From positions 1-42,121 of the forward strand of contig CAVXZB010000057.1 of assembly GCA_963765895.1 (NCBI GenBank): a stretch of 42,121 nt of DNA, read 5' to 3'. The translations under genes and the position numbers were made by a program. The notes beneath the pieces are model-generated. The model had not been told where the DNA came from, ran no database searches, and was given only the letters and a program-made list of their open reading frames with translations. Source of the DNA: an uncultured Nitrososphaeraceae archaeon. Lineage in GTDB: Archaea; Thermoproteota; Nitrososphaeria; Nitrososphaerales; Nitrososphaeraceae. Each line of letters starts with the position of its first letter. The first letter of the stretch is position 1. Below are positions 18,439 through 29,966 of the stretch, in pieces.

Positions 18439-19772
18439 ATGACAATGCCTTTCAGAAGACATAATTTAGGGTTCAAATGCCCTGGCTGCGGATGCCAAAA
18501 TGGCTCATTGAGAAGGAAGATTATCAAACTTAGTCAAGAAACCTTAACTGAAAAAAATATGCCAGCTAAGAAGGTGAAAAGGTATATTCTTGGCGATAGA
18601 TTATTACGTGAAGAAGCTGTTTTGCTTAAAAAAAATGCATATGTGTACAAATATGACACTTTTTTTGGGTTAGATGACCAAGATCGAAAACCAATTATGA
18701 ACTTATCTGAAAACGACATAAGTAAAGTCCCTAACACATTCATACAAAAGATACAAAGAATCACATTAACTCTTATGACGATTACTGATATTTTACCGTA
18801 CCTTCTTCAAAAATATCCTGAACTACGAGCCGGTTTTGAAGAATTTATAGCCGCCAATAGACTGCTTGTAGAGTACTCCAAGCCAATTATAGATGGGCGA
18901 TATGATAGGAGCTGGCCTGAATGGCTGCAGATTGGAGAATATGCAAACACCATGGGATATAGAGCTGCTTCCAGAAAGTATTATTCAATAAAGGACGGAA
19001 AACGTCAGTACATCTCTCCCACACACATCAAGCAGAAAATAAAATTACTAAATGAATTTGAAACGAAGTTGGAAACTGTCCCAGATATGGTAGAATACTT
19101 TAAACGATTGATGAATATAGTAAGTAATGATTCTGAACTTTCAGAAAAATGCAAGCAAATAGGAAAGAAATATGCTGAAAATATCACCTCGACTGTGATG
19201 CAATCTCGCGATGAAGGATACAGGATCTATTCATACATCTATTATTATATCAGACATTATGATTCAAAAATATATAAAAAAAGGATGTCTGATTACAAAA
19301 AAGGAGAATAAAAAAATCACAGGTCACAGGTAAGCAGGAATGCGGCCCATTCAAAGAAAATGATATTCTTAAAGCGAAACATGAATATTCTCAAATTAAG
19401 GAAATGAATAATACAACAATAGGATTATGCTCTAAAATTGCCTTTATTCTCTCCATTCAACCATCCTCAGCCACATTATTAACAGAAATTATAGGAAACG
19501 AAACTAAAGATGTGATTGAACTGTCGTTGGAGGTTCTTAAAGAAACCGGCGTAGTGAAAAAGATTCATTTAAACAATAAATCAGAAAGCTATGATGTACT
19601 ACATGAGAACATCAATACTTCGTTTTGCGAAGGTTTGTATTACACACTAGATAAATCCAATCCCAATGTAGATCCAATGCTTGAGGACTATATGGGTCGT
19701 TGTACTACAGAGGAAATAGAAGGCATTGTAAATAAAATATCAGAGTATCAGAATACTAGAATAATAAGATAA
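18439..19772 (+). CDS. Hypothetical protein with split C2HC zinc-finger motif (one A missing near 19308)
   Basis: Adding one A in ggagaataaaaaaatca fuses the 290-aa and 122-aa ORFs through GEIKKSQVTGKQECGPFKEN...KEMNNT. Confidence 0.7.
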
Positions 19773-19829
19773 TTTTGGAATAACCTACTTAGAAAACTAC
19801 AAAAATTCTAGCTTTATAAATTATGTTTA

Positions 19830-21320
19830 TTAGGTCTCTGTGACATTCAATATTCCTGATTCGTAAAGCATTTTTGCAGTTTGATTTATCTGATTTTGGT
19901 TTTTGAGGGCTCCGAGTGCAGACATCAGATTATGTAGTTGGGATTGCATGTCGTTAAATCTCTTCTCAATAATATCCAACTTATTTTTTTGCTGCTGATC
20001 CAATTCAAGCGTCTCGTTATAGGCATCATACGTTAATACCATTCTACATTTAGCACAGAATTTGCCATCTGGTTTGTTTGGTTCATTGCAATTTGGACAC
20101 TGTTTTGGCCTAAGTACATCTGATAATTTCTGATCCTTTGTGATAATACCATATGCTTCCAACAGACTTTCACTTGCTTCATTTCCAAAGTAATGAAGGT
20201 ATTTTTGTGGCATGTTTGAGCCTGTAGTCCAGCCCGCAAATTGTCTTAGGGTATGTTCTTTTAGTATCTTTGATTTCTCTGTTAATGCACTATGTCTTAT
20301 TATATAGGGGTTCCATGGTTTTTGTAGTATCTCTTTTATCTTACTCTTATCCTCTAGTGATACAGAAGAATTTTCTAATAATTTTGGAAAAAACTCCTCC
20401 TTGTATTTGTTATATATCTGATAAATAGTTCCAACACCTATTTTCCTGCCTAGACTTTTTCCATTTCCACAGATAAGTGTTGAGTTTGGATTTCCACTCT
20501 GAGGATGCTCATGATCAAGGTAATCCTTCAAGTATGGAATAGAATTTATCAAAGGGATGTGCCTAGTACCAGTTTTGCCATTGACTAGAACCTCAGCGTA
20601 CTGATGATTGCTCGCAGTTTTGAATACAATATCTTTTATTTTTAACCTCAATATTTCATGAGGCCTACAACTAGTATCACGCGAAATAGTGTGATAGCAT
20701 TTTATACGTTTAGTAGGACAGTATCTTAAGAAGATCCTATCATCTTCCTCAGTCCATAAATCAGTGGGTTTGTAAATTGATTGTTCCTTTCTTTTCAATG
20801 TTGATATATTCTCAATAGCTTCTGGCTTTGGTCTCTTGTTAGGTTCAAGATCAGGGTAGTACAACCATTTGAAAAACCTAGTAAGATGAATTCTATAGAT
20901 ATTATATGTACCAACCCACTTATGCAACGAATCTATCTCCTCTGGCTTGCGAAAACTATCAAGAAACGATACAAGATTATCTTTTGTTACGTGCTTAAAT
21001 AATTTATTATTACAAAAAATTGAAAGATTGGCCAGCACCTTAACAACGTCTCGTCTATAATTATTAGTCAGATTCATCTCTGTTCTCATGGACATAATAT
21101 AATTTGCAATTGTCCAAGCATTTTCTTTTGGTAACTTATAAAGCAATTTCTGAAAATATGGAATTAGACCTGCAGTGACATCTTGGATTTTTCTGTCAAA
21201 TAATACATCATTATCACATGTATGCCTATCAGCAGATGGATTTAAATTGAAAGCTGATCTAGTAACCGTTCCTGTTTTCAAAATACGATCATAACAAGAC
21301 TGGACGAGACATATAAACAT
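19830..21320 (-). CDS. Tyrosine recombinase/integrase with C-terminal zinc ribbon
   Basis: Catalytic SCRPHE, GKTG, YIIRHS, AGW and KYLH motifs, followed by CPNC...CAKC. Confidence 0.92.
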   Translation of the reverse strand: MFICLVQSCYDRILKTGTVTRSAFNLNPSADRHTCDNDVLFDRKIQDVTAGLIPYFQKLLYKLPKENAWTIANYIMSMRTEMNLTNNYRRDVVKVLANLSIFCNNKLFKHVTKDNLVSFLDSFRKPEEIDSLHKWVGTYNIYRIHLTRFFKWLYYPDLEPNKRPKPEAIENISTLKRKEQSIYKPTDLWTEEDDRIFLRYCPTKRIKCYHTISRDTSCRPHEILRLKIKDIVFKTASNHQYAEVLVNGKTGTRHIPLINSIPYLKDYLDHEHPQSGNPNSTLICGNGKSLGRKIGVGTIYQIYNKYKEEFFPKLLENSSVSLEDKSKIKEILQKPWNPYIIRHSALTEKSKILKEHTLRQFAGWTTGSNMPQKYLHYFGNEASESLLEAYGIITKDQKLSDVLRPKQCPNCNEPNKPDGKFCAKCRMVLTYDAYNETLELDQQQKNKLDIIEKRFNDMQSQLHNLMSALGALKNQNQINQTAKMLYESGILNVTET

Positions 21321-21636
21321 GTATTCTAAGTATTATAATTTAGCGATTATAATATATGAAGCAAAAGCTTGAGTTATGATCTAAAAATGTTATCGAGCCT
21401 CGCTGTGTTAAAGAAGATAATTCATAAGGTCACCGTCTCGGTAACCACGTAGGTCCCCAATAAAGTGCAAAGTTCCTGGGCGTGTTAGCGATTGAATTAC
21501 TAATAGTGACAATTGTTTGGACGGTACAGGTGCATGAATTGGCACGCCATCATGAGTAACCACATATTAACCTAGCATGATCTGATGTATGACAGGCAGG
21601 GCGTCGCACGCGCAAATGGCTTAGTTACAAATGAAC

Positions 21637-21664
21637 TGTTCTCATCAATGTGTTCTCATCAATG
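21637..21664. repeat. Perfect 14-bp tandem duplication
   Basis: tgttctcatcaatg x2. Confidence 0.85.
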
Positions 21665-22217
21665 TCTATGTATATTGAACAGTCAGTCTATACATATGAT
21701 ATCTCATTTTCGGAAATATTTATAATGTGGTATGCTTCATATCGTCTTAGAACAGTTTTTCCTATATAACTAAACCGGATTTGAATCAAATACTATCCTA
21801 TGTTAAAACTTGCTAAAGAACTAGATACTTTGCTTTACAATCACTAATTGCTACTATCTATAGGTATCGGAATTTGTACTGTCGCCAGATGTTTCTGAGC
21901 CAGTGAATCCGTTATAAGTACTGATAGTTTTAGCGTTTATTGAGCTCAGATTAATTTTGTCTTCTATATGCATAGATAGTTTGGTTGGGAAGTAACACGT
22001 GGATATATTCTATTACGAAAATATGTTCCTAAAGTATATATCATAAGATGAAAAGGATTAAGTGCTATCCTGAATTCACTAAATTATATCAAGCAATCAA
22101 ACAACAGCAATCATAGCAAGAGTCAAACCTGAGAACAATCCTTAAAGCTCTTCAGTGTGTTATAGTATAAAGCTTTCATTCATAGAATGTATCTTGCAGA
22201 AAGTAACCATTTATAGT

Positions 22218-22622
22218 CTAGAATCTGAGGCGTTCAAATTCGCCCATAATAAACTTAGCATCAGGAGGTAGTAAGGCCATAGATTGTTTCATCGATTCGC
22301 CCATTCTTTCATCTTTTTCCATCTTTGACATTACTTCCTTCATATGTTGTCGATCTTTGTAATAGATTGACTCAATCCATACTTCCTCGTCTTGGTTTGC
22401 TGAAACGGTATTGGCAATGTTATCAAACCCATCCATTGGTACATTGTTATTGCTTAACATAAAAATGTCATAGTGTAGAATGCCATGTTGCTTCAGCATA
22501 TTGTATGCTTCATTGCATAGCTGCAACATTGCGTCATGATTGTTTTTAGAAACCCGGTAGATAATATGTGAAACTAGACTGTCACCTATTAAATCAAATT
22601 TGCTCATGAAGTTATAGTACAT
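22218..22622 (-). CDS. DUF1428-like dimeric alpha/beta-barrel protein
   Basis: DEEVWIESIYYKDRQH...MEKDER...FIMGEF pattern. Confidence 0.65.
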   Translation of the reverse strand: MYYNFMSKFDLIGDSLVSHIIYRVSKNNHDAMLQLCNEAYNMLKQHGILHYDIFMLSNNNVPMDGFDNIANTVSANQDEEVWIESIYYKDRQHMKEVMSKMEKDERMGESMKQSMALLPPDAKFIMGEFERLRF

Positions 22623-23173
22623 TTGATTGGTATAAAAATGGTTAAGGGATCAAAAGTATAGTAGCTGCACTGAATCGATGCTTTTTATTAAGATCCAAAG
22701 TTATCTTTCTTTCCGAAAAAGGGCCTTTAACGGCTCGTTATGTCATTCTATTTCATAATCATGAAAAACGATTCGAATCTATCAGCGGCTTACCCGCACC
22801 TTTAATCATTTATGAGTTCGATATGACAATATTTGGCGCACCTCATGATATATATGCATAGAGGAATTCCGAGTTTATCTGCTACTCACCGTCTACGTAT
22901 ATCCACACGTTGTTCTATACATCTGATATCCCATTTTATCTGATGTTTATAAACTCATTCGCACCACATCTGTATAGTAGAACTTCTCCCGATACACTTG
23001 TCTTGTCTTGTCTTGACAATATCCGATATTGGTCTAAATTAGATTGATAGTGCAAGAATAAGTTATGAGTGCCTAAAATTACCTTTACATTCTATAATGA
23101 TAATTAATCGCCCGTGCAACAAGGGCTTATTTTTTAATAATATCAGAGAAAATATGTTTAATTATTTTTATAT

Positions 23174-23548
23174 TTGATCGTCCAATCAATAATTATGGAT
23201 TACGGTAAGTTATGTGAAGACATTTTTAACTTGGATCCAAGGATGCGTTTTGCGGGGGTCTGTGATGATACTGGCGAAATAAAATATGGTGGACAACGCG
23301 AAGGTGTTAAGAACTTGCTTATGCCAGAAGAAACAAAAAAATCAAACATTCAAGCAATAGCTATGTGGGGATTGCGTAAATCTCTTGCGTCACGAGTTGG
23401 AAAAGGTCTATACGCTATGGCTGAATATGAGAAAATAAAGCTTATAACGTTTCCACTAGAAAACGATCATTTCCTTCTTGTCACAACAGAGGTAGAGTCA
23501 GATCATAACAATATCATAAGCAATGTTCTCAAATTACTGAAAAGCTGA
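23174..23548 (+). CDS. Thaumarchaeal roadblock-like protein (DUF6659-like); probable ATG start MDYGKLC
   Basis: IFNLDPRMRFAGV...GGQREG...YAMAEYEK pattern. Confidence 0.75.
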   Translation: MIVQSIIMDYGKLCEDIFNLDPRMRFAGVCDDTGEIKYGGQREGVKNLLMPEETKKSNIQAIAMWGLRKSLASRVGKGLYAMAEYEKIKLITFPLENDHFLLVTTEVESDHNNIISNVLKLLKS

Positions 23549-23903
23549 ATCCAAGTATTGAGAATTTCAAAATTCATTCTGACCTTTTATTAGTAACGAT
23601 TCATTTAAATGTCTTTTTCTAAAGGACCAACTTATGCCATTGCTACAAGTGACAATGCATCACACAACAAATTTCCTATAATCAACCAACGGAGTTTGCA
23701 ACAGTTTTTCTATCCACCCAGATTTTAGTTGAATTTGTGGTCTGGGCGCGCTCTCTATTAGTAAACCTAGATTGTACGAGTTTTGCATCTATGAGCCATC
23801 TTCTGAAATAGCGCAACAGATAGTTTATCGCAGGCCTTTGACCATCCCACCTTTGCATGATTGTGACTACCTGCCCACATTTTGAATTGATGGTCCTAGG
23901 GAT

Positions 23904-24411
23904 TCATGTATCAGGCAGTATTTCTACTAATGCATCTATAATAACTGGAAGATTTACTGGTAAAGCCTGTACTCCTATAGCTGAGCGAGCATGCGCACCT
24001 ACTTCTCGACCATACAATGTAAGGATTAATTCAGAAAAGCCATCAGCTACATCAGCTGTCTTAGTAAACCCCTCAACCGTATTTATCATAACTCTAACCT
24101 GCAGCCATGCTCCAACTTTGTCCAGCCTACATAGTTCACGTTTGAGACTACCTAATATCGATAAACCAGCTAATTTTGCAGATTCATATCCTTGCTCAAC
24201 AGACACATCGTTTGTTCCTACCTTGCCATAAGGTCCAGCAGCAACAGAACCATCATGATTCTGCGGTCCATGACCTGAGATATATGCTTTATCTCCTCCA
24301 AGCCGAACCCATACAGAAGGGGTTTTAACGTCTGATGGTACTTTTAGTGGTTGTGGAATTTTGGGACCAAGAGAATTAAGTTTAGATTCTATTTGATCCA
24401 GGTAGCTACAT
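23904..24411 (-). CDS. RidA/YjgF-family protein (extra T directly after ATG)
   Basis: The frame extends upstream of the listed ORF (YISGHGP, GKVG) to ATG-t-AGC at 24411. Contains the HARSAIG catalytic Arg motif. Confidence 0.85.
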
Positions 24412-25037
24412 TATATTTCAATAATAGGGTTATTATCAAGTTCTATAACTATGTTAAAAATGTAAGTGAATTCCAATCCAGCTTCTTGATAACCTTTCAT
24501 GATCTACTCAATATATGGATGGTTAAAAAGTCATCAAACTTGAAATCAATTCTTATCTACAGAATATATCGTTTGGTGCGCATGCCTCTTTCTACATATA
24601 TGCGAGAAAATAAATAATTGCGGGTACTCATTCTGGCCTACATGTTCCTAAATTATCGAATAGAGTTAGTTGCAAGTCAAATTCACCGCAGACGAGGATT
24701 TCAATCTTAACTCCATTCCTGAACTCAGTATGCCAAAGATGGAAGAAAAGCTATCAGTGGTTCTTGGTAGGGACCAACAGTCATAAGATTTGCAGGCAAC
24801 CAATTCGAAAGCCATTTTCAAGTAACCAATTAATTACTTCATGATTACGAGCAGGAGTAAAGAAACCAGAGCGACTATTGTAGACGCGCTAGCAATTATC
24901 GCCTTGAGCTCATTATTTGACTTTGCAACTGCAAAAAGCTAAGATATCAGCCACTATAAAAGCTATCACATATATCTTTACCAATCTACTCAGTTTTCAG
25001 GTGTTATGTTTAAGTAATTAGCTGTGCCTTTGTAAAC

Positions 25038-25485
25038 ATGGTTAATACAATTTTTTCACAGAAGGATTCTGACTATTTGAAATCCCAACGTCTTGCAAGA
25101 ATAGCCACGGCCGCACCAGTCATCAGAAGAAAATGGAACTATACAACCAGATGTTGTACCTGTCGGTTTTGATTTCGACGGCGAAAATATTTATGTAGGT
25201 GGAATGAACCTTGCCAGATCTACAAAATACAAAAATGTTCATAAAAACAACAAAGTTGCCATCATCATTGACGACTTGAAAACCATTGAGCCATGGGATC
25301 CTCGTGGTATAAAGATCTACGGAACTGCAGATATAGTTACCCGTCAAGGTGGATATATGGATGAAACTGGACACTCTAATAATCAATATATTCGAATAAC
25401 TCCTTACAAGAAATGGAGTTGGGGAATTGAAGAGCCTGTCTTTGTTGAGGGAAAATTTAATGTAAAGAAAGCCAAAAGAAGTTAA
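25038..25485 (+). CDS. PPOX-class F420-dependent oxidoreductase (+1 frameshift near 25118)
   Basis: YLKSQRLARIAT...QPDVVPVGFDFDG...KYKNV...IIDDL...WDPRGIKIYG. Confidence 0.85.
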
Positions 25486-25711
25486 AGAAGCCCTAGAAAC
25501 CTATTCAAATGGTCCTTCTGAACGCATCAGAATAAAACTACTGCAACTCTTGGTATGAATAGAACCCGGCAGTATGGTTAAAAGATAATGTTTTAATGGA
25601 CCTTCTAATTTCAAATAGTCTAGGAATGCTTTTAATCGGCGTGGGTATTATCGTCTAGTCTCTGGGGCTTTCAATGCATAAGGAAAGTTCGATGGAGGAT
25701 CTTGATATTGT

Positions 25712-25791
25712 GTTGTTATAGTTGTTATAGTTGTTATAGTTGTTATAGTTGTTATAGTTGTTATAGTTGTTATAGTTGTTATAGTTGTTAT
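25712..25791. repeat. 9-bp minisatellite (GTTGTTATA) x ~8.9
   Basis: Eight perfect units plus 8 of 9 bases of a ninth. Confidence 0.97.
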
Positions 25792-25809
25792 CATTGTAGT
25801 TGCGTCTGT

Positions 25810-26045
25810 GACAGAGGGACAGCAGCTACCATAGAATGCATTCACTTAATCACATATCTAATAGACACTAAAGTAAACATGTTATTCGTAGATGAGCCTG
25901 AATTGTGTTTGCATCTTTATGCTCAAAAGTTGATTTCAAATCTAATCAAGGAATCTTCCAATAACAATCAAATCATATGCGCTACACACTAGTTAATGTT
26001 TATGAATATGGATAGTATCGAGAAAATTATCATAGTACGTGACAC
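25810..26045 (+). pseudogene. ABC-type ATPase remnant (OLD/AAA_15/AAA_21-like)
   Basis: LFVDEPELCLH (Walker B/D-loop), QIICATH (H-loop), then a stop and LMFMNMDSIEKIIIVRD. No Walker A seen. Confidence 0.7.
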
Positions 26046-26499
26046 GGCTGGCCCAGAGATGTGTGAATCAGATTTGACTTTATGTTAGGGCTCAAAATAC
26101 ATCTAGATAAGACTGTCATTGAAAATAAGCGTTTGATAATGATGATCCGGCGAAAATTCATACATAGATCTGCTCTTAAATAAGTTTCCACGCCGCTCTA
26201 GTACGATATAACTTTCAAAGTTTAAAGGCTTTCCAGTCCTCGATAGAGTGAAGATGATATAGAGTAATTTATTGTTTAAATCAAGTACAATTTAAGAATT
26301 TGATGATGAACTTGAATTTTTCTTGATATATTCGACAGTCCTCAGTTCATGTTCCTTAACTTCATTGCTTATGTCAGACATGCTAATGACCCCATTTGTG
26401 GCGCCAATAGCCTTCTCTCAGCATTTTGCTGGAGTATCGACAGCCTGGTCTGAACAACTGGCTCACAGACTGTATGCTGGAATTATAATATTACTGTGA

Positions 26500-27041
26500 T
26501 TAAGGTATATTGAATCTGGTGACTACTGTATTCTTACCGATCTCAATCCTAGGCATGACCCCGATAGTAGTTTCCATTCCATATTCTAACCAGTTCTTAA
26601 GAAAGTTTGACCATTTTTGTCCCATATTGTGAATTATAGTAATTGTGTAGTTGGATTTAGACTCGTCAATATTAATTTCATATTCACCAAATCCGTTGTA
26701 TCTACATACTAAGGAAAGGTATCTAAGATATGATTCTAGATCAGAGCCCTCTTAAACCAAAATAATAGAAATTGTTTGGGTATCAAAGCGCCTATCTCTT
26801 TGGCAATTTGTATAAGTTTGTCATCTTCAACTCCTTGAATGATAGAACTAAAACTTTCTTGTTTTAAGGTGATAGTATCGTATCTCTCATTATATCTATC
26901 CATTTCAACATACTTTGTCATTATGATTCCAATAAGAGAATTGATGCTAATACCTTTTGCTCTGGCATCTTTTTGCAATATATCATCAAGTTCTTTTGTT
27001 AACCTAATACTCCTTATGAGTGTCTTACTTTTAGCCGACAA
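26500..27041 (-). CDS. RHH-like N-terminal domain putative regulator (frameshift near 26745)
   Basis: RSIRLTKELDDILQKDARAKGISINSLI. The shifted frame continues DLESYLRYLSLV...HNMGQKWSNFL...FNIP*. Confidence 0.7.
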
Positions 27042-27138
27042 ACACACTACTTCCAGACAACAAATAATATGTATTACAATATAAACATCTGTAGTCAATG
27101 TAAACCTCCTACATAATAGAGGATATCACTAAATTCTA

Positions 27139-28033
27139 TTGATGGAATCCAAAGAACAGAATGAAATAAAATACAATGGTAGAAAAGTCGCCTCATCTAT
27201 TTTATTGGCTGGACTAGTTCTAAGCTCCGTGCTAGCTGTACTTCTTTATTCTCTGTCCTTCCCAAATTACGCTATTAGCACTGCTAGAGCTCAAAATATA
27301 CAACACAAAAATGTACTTATTGTCACAACAAGTTATAACGTATTAGGAAAGACAGGTTATCCTACAGGTTTATGGCTACCTGAAATGACCCACCCATTTT
27401 TCGCATTGCAAAATGCTGGATTTAATATTACAGTTGCAAGTGTTAAGGGAGGTAATGTTCCTATAGATCCATATAGCGTCCCTTCCAATCCACAAGGTAC
27501 AAACAGCGATGATCCAATCACTGATAAATTTCTGCATACACCAACTGACGTGACAAGGATAAACCATACCGTCCCTATTTCCAATGTTGATCCAAATGAA
27601 TATTCTGCTGTAGTATTCCCAGGTGGAAATGGAGCAACATATGACTTCCCTTGGGATAAAAATGTAAATAAGATTGTTGCTGATATTTATGAACATGGAG
27701 GAATTGTAGCAGACTGTGTGTCATGGTCCTGCAGCTCTTCTAAATGCAACATTATCTAACGGACAATACCTAATAAAAGGAATGAAGGTTACTGGCTTTT
27801 CAAATGAAGAAGAAGCAATAACTGAAATACTAATTGGCAAAAAACATGTGTTACCATTCTTCCTAGAAAATGAACTTCCTAAGCGTGGAGCGACCTATGA
27901 GAAGGTATACGTACATGAACCACTTGTTATCGTGAGCGGTAATGGAAGGCTAATAACAGGACAGAATCCTGAATCAGCCACAAACGTCGGTGAAAAAGTT
28001 GTTGAAATTCTTAAGGGAGGACAAGCAACATAA
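27139..28033 (+). CDS. DJ-1/PfpI (Hsp31-like) protein with N-terminal signal/TM segment (+1 frameshift near 27712)
   Basis: TGLWLPEMTHP, PGGNG, AVCHGP nucleophile (after correction), TGFSNEEE and TGQNPES. Confidence 0.88.
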
Positions 28034-28638
28034 ATACAACTCGGTTCAAATCTAAATCTAAAATTGCAGGAAAACTCTATGCCGCCGAATTTTTCCAGCG
28101 TTACGTTGGTTTGTCAGACTTCTTCTGTAAGGTTTGTATAACTCGTTGCAAATTTGGCTCGATTCATTTTCCTAAAGCACGCTAATCCAATAAAATCTCC
28201 GTATAAAATGGTTGTTCGTTAGTTTGTCTCGGATGCATACTGAGTGAAGTACTACCTCTATAGTCAATATACGATATGGTTCAATTACGTGAAATCTGAT
28301 TTTGTTGGATCATCATAATGAACAATCTGCTCCTTTTGCAATACTGAGAAAAGCAGATGGATGGCGATGGTATTTCTATTACTTTAAAACAGCATATGGC
28401 TTTGTGGATAATAGTTATCATAGAAATCAAAGATGCTGAGATATCGACTGCGATATTGTCATTTGACAATTACGATAGTACAAGTTCATGTAATATTAAA
28501 TGTAATTTGATCGAAATTAAAGCATGGTCTTATTATTTTTTATATTCTGATTCATTTCAGTTCTCATTCGCGAGAACTGATTTGTAGTTATATTTTTTTT
28601 AAAACCATCTATTATTTCTAGATTATTAGCCTAATCAA

Positions 28639-29370
28639 CTAATAATTTTCACAGTCGTCTGTTTTTGTGTCCCCCTCAAATGGATGGAAATCTCGTATTG
28701 TATCATCTCCTGGACCGCAATCAAAGTAATCTGCATCTGGGCCTCCAATAAGTATATCGTTTCCTGGACTACCAAATAATATATCGTTACCTGCACCACC
28801 GTAAAGAATATCATTCCCGGGACTACCATCTAGGATATCATTATTTAGCCCACCACATAGTGCACGGTCGGATTGATTATCGCTACCACCCAAAACTGAA
28901 ATGATGTTATTGGCGTCGAAGCTTTCCGCTGTACCATCGTCACCTGTTAGAGTATCCCTTGCTGAATTCAGACTAATAGAGCTATTACTTGATGCTATAC
29001 TTTGATTCAAAGTATTATAATTAATACCAACATTCGATTCTCTACTAATACTCTCGTTGATACTATTGTCATTGATTTCGATAGAATTAGAATGGTTGTT
29101 GTCATATGTTATATTTTGAGTTCCACTAGAAGTAGTGGATGATAGATCACCGCAGGAAGAGACGGTTGTTGCTACTGTATGATTCATACTTCTCAGAAAA
29201 TTTTTAGTAACATTCTTGATTCCGTCGTGTTCGATCTTTATATTCCTAGAGTTAATGCCGCGATCGTTTTTATTATTGATGGTAGCATTAACTTGGTCCA
29301 TACGATACAAGCTCGTAAATATATCTAACATTAATATTATTAGTAGAGGCACAAAAATTTTAACCATCAA
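28639..29370 (-). CDS. Secreted protein with RTX/hemolysin-type Ca-binding nonapeptide repeats
   Basis: Signal-like N-terminus, then GGLNNDILD/GSPGNDILY/GGAGNDILF/GSPGNDILI/GGPDADYFDCGPGDD. Confidence 0.85.
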   Translation of the reverse strand: MMVKIFVPLLIILMLDIFTSLYRMDQVNATINNKNDRGINSRNIKIEHDGIKNVTKNFLRSMNHTVATTVSSCGDLSSTTSSGTQNITYDNNHSNSIEINDNSINESISRESNVGINYNTLNQSIASSNSSISLNSARDTLTGDDGTAESFDANNIISVLGGSDNQSDRALCGGLNNDILDGSPGNDILYGGAGNDILFGSPGNDILIGGPDADYFDCGPGDDTIRDFHPFEGDTKTDDCENY

Positions 29371-29966
29371 AATCCCTAGTCTTCCACCTGCCTAATTCCA
29401 TTACCCTATCTGAATCGCAATTATTTTAGGATGACGTAAATTCATTTTCATCACTTTTCTATGCGGGCATCTAAGTTATTATTGATGATATGAAATATAA
29501 AATAATTTATGAATGCTGCAAACGATCGATATACTATCACAAGACCGCCACTCAATTTCTTTATTGGCCTATAGCAATTGCTTACATAATATTTTAAAGG
29601 TATATACAAATACCAGAAATGGGTTTCATATATGGTATTCAGACATACTGACTAGCAATGTAATGAAAAATTTGCAAATCAGTATTGATTAAGGACCATT
29701 TGAATATTGGTTACACAAAATATTTTAACGATCTGAGATATTCGCTAATGTTATTTTCATTTCCGAAAATAGATATCCTTATTCATATCCATATCAAATC
29801 TCCATAGTAAATTGGTATAACTTGGTATAGTTTGCTAAAAGAAAGAGCAATCCTGCAAAGTATCCCAGTCGTGTCAATGGTAGGTTGACAGTCGGGTTAT
29901 AATCGAATCAAAATAGATTATCATGTAGGTTATTCTGAATTTGCGTAGGCTTATCGCCACATGAAG

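Larger units (their letters stand above)
11993..21320. mobile_element. Integrated plasmid-like element (boundaries approximate; att sites not found)
   Basis: Contiguous integrase, RHH, PrimPol-MCM, ParB-MTase and defence-type cargo genes. Confidence 0.8.

Noticed and set aside
11993-21320. Provirus or conjugative element
   Set aside because: No capsid, portal, terminase, VirB4/VirD4 or relaxase motifs were recognised.
21390-21620. tRNA or group II intron fragment as the integration target
   Set aside because: No T-loop (GTTCRA), cloverleaf or intron domain V could be identified by eye.
22997-23015. (CTTGT) x ~4 microsatellite
   Set aside because: Short, intergenic and without evident functional context.
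25648-25845. ORFs with (TIT)n or (CYS)n repeats; possible CRISPR-like array
   Set aside because: These are translations of a spacer-less 9-bp minisatellite. There are no unique spacers and no cas genes.
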